This document shows positions 63,733 to 64,000 of a DNA stretch of 64,000 bases, piece after piece. Numbering within the stretch: the stretch's first letter is position 1; each line of letters begins with the position of its first letter. Source of the stretch: Tubulanus polymorphus (taxonomy: Eukaryota; Animalia; Nemertea). A program made the position numbers and the translations under genes. Below the pieces are notes generated by a model. It was not told the origin of the DNA, made no database searches, and saw nothing but the letters and a program-made list of their open reading frames with translations. The stretch spans positions 1,302,001-1,366,000 of the forward strand of contig NC_134035.1 in assembly GCF_964204645.1 (NCBI RefSeq). The letters are read 5' to 3'.

Positions 63733-64000
63733 GAGTGTTTATTTTTAACCAATGCATAGTTTATTGATGCGCGGTAATCCCTGCTTAATCCGTTTGATCA
63801 TTTGAGACGGACAGAAATTAATCCGGTTTATAGGAATTTAGGGCGGAAAGTCATATCGTATATACACAGGGTTTCTACTGATGGGTCATTCCTGAATATA
63901 AGGAGTTTTTAAGAAAGGAAATTTCAAATTTTGAGGAAGCCTCTTCATCACTTTCATATCCCAATTAGTGGCACCAAATTAAACCATTAATTTGGCGGTT

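Overview
This is AT-rich, intron-containing eukaryotic (animal) genomic DNA, not prokaryotic. The gene content suggests a spiralian/lophotrochozoan invertebrate, but that assignment is inference only. Most six-frame ORFs are exon fragments or noise, so gene models were assembled by hand from GT-AG sites and reading-frame phase. From left to right: (1) 1-10 kb is non-coding, with two 15-bp minisatellite arrays and several MITE-like repeats. (2) Three 3-exon secreted Ly6/uPAR (three-finger) genes with no GPI tail flank an SR splicing-factor gene that has a 12-nt microexon and a candidate poison exon. (3) A single-exon secreted Frizzled-CRD protein. (4) One S1 serine protease, a divergent class A GPCR and a tandem array of four paralogous S1 protease loci: one canonical, two drifting toward pseudo-enzymes with intact ORFs, and one internally deleted. 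(5) A small secreted PAN/Apple + SUEL-lectin gene. (6) The full GNPTAB gene on the minus strand. The most notable signals are the ~35-kb island of small secreted-effector genes, the minimal hammerhead-ribozyme motifs carried by Penelope-like insertions in the protease array, and minisatellites that appear to be born from transposon parts. No rRNA, tRNA or CRISPR array is supported.
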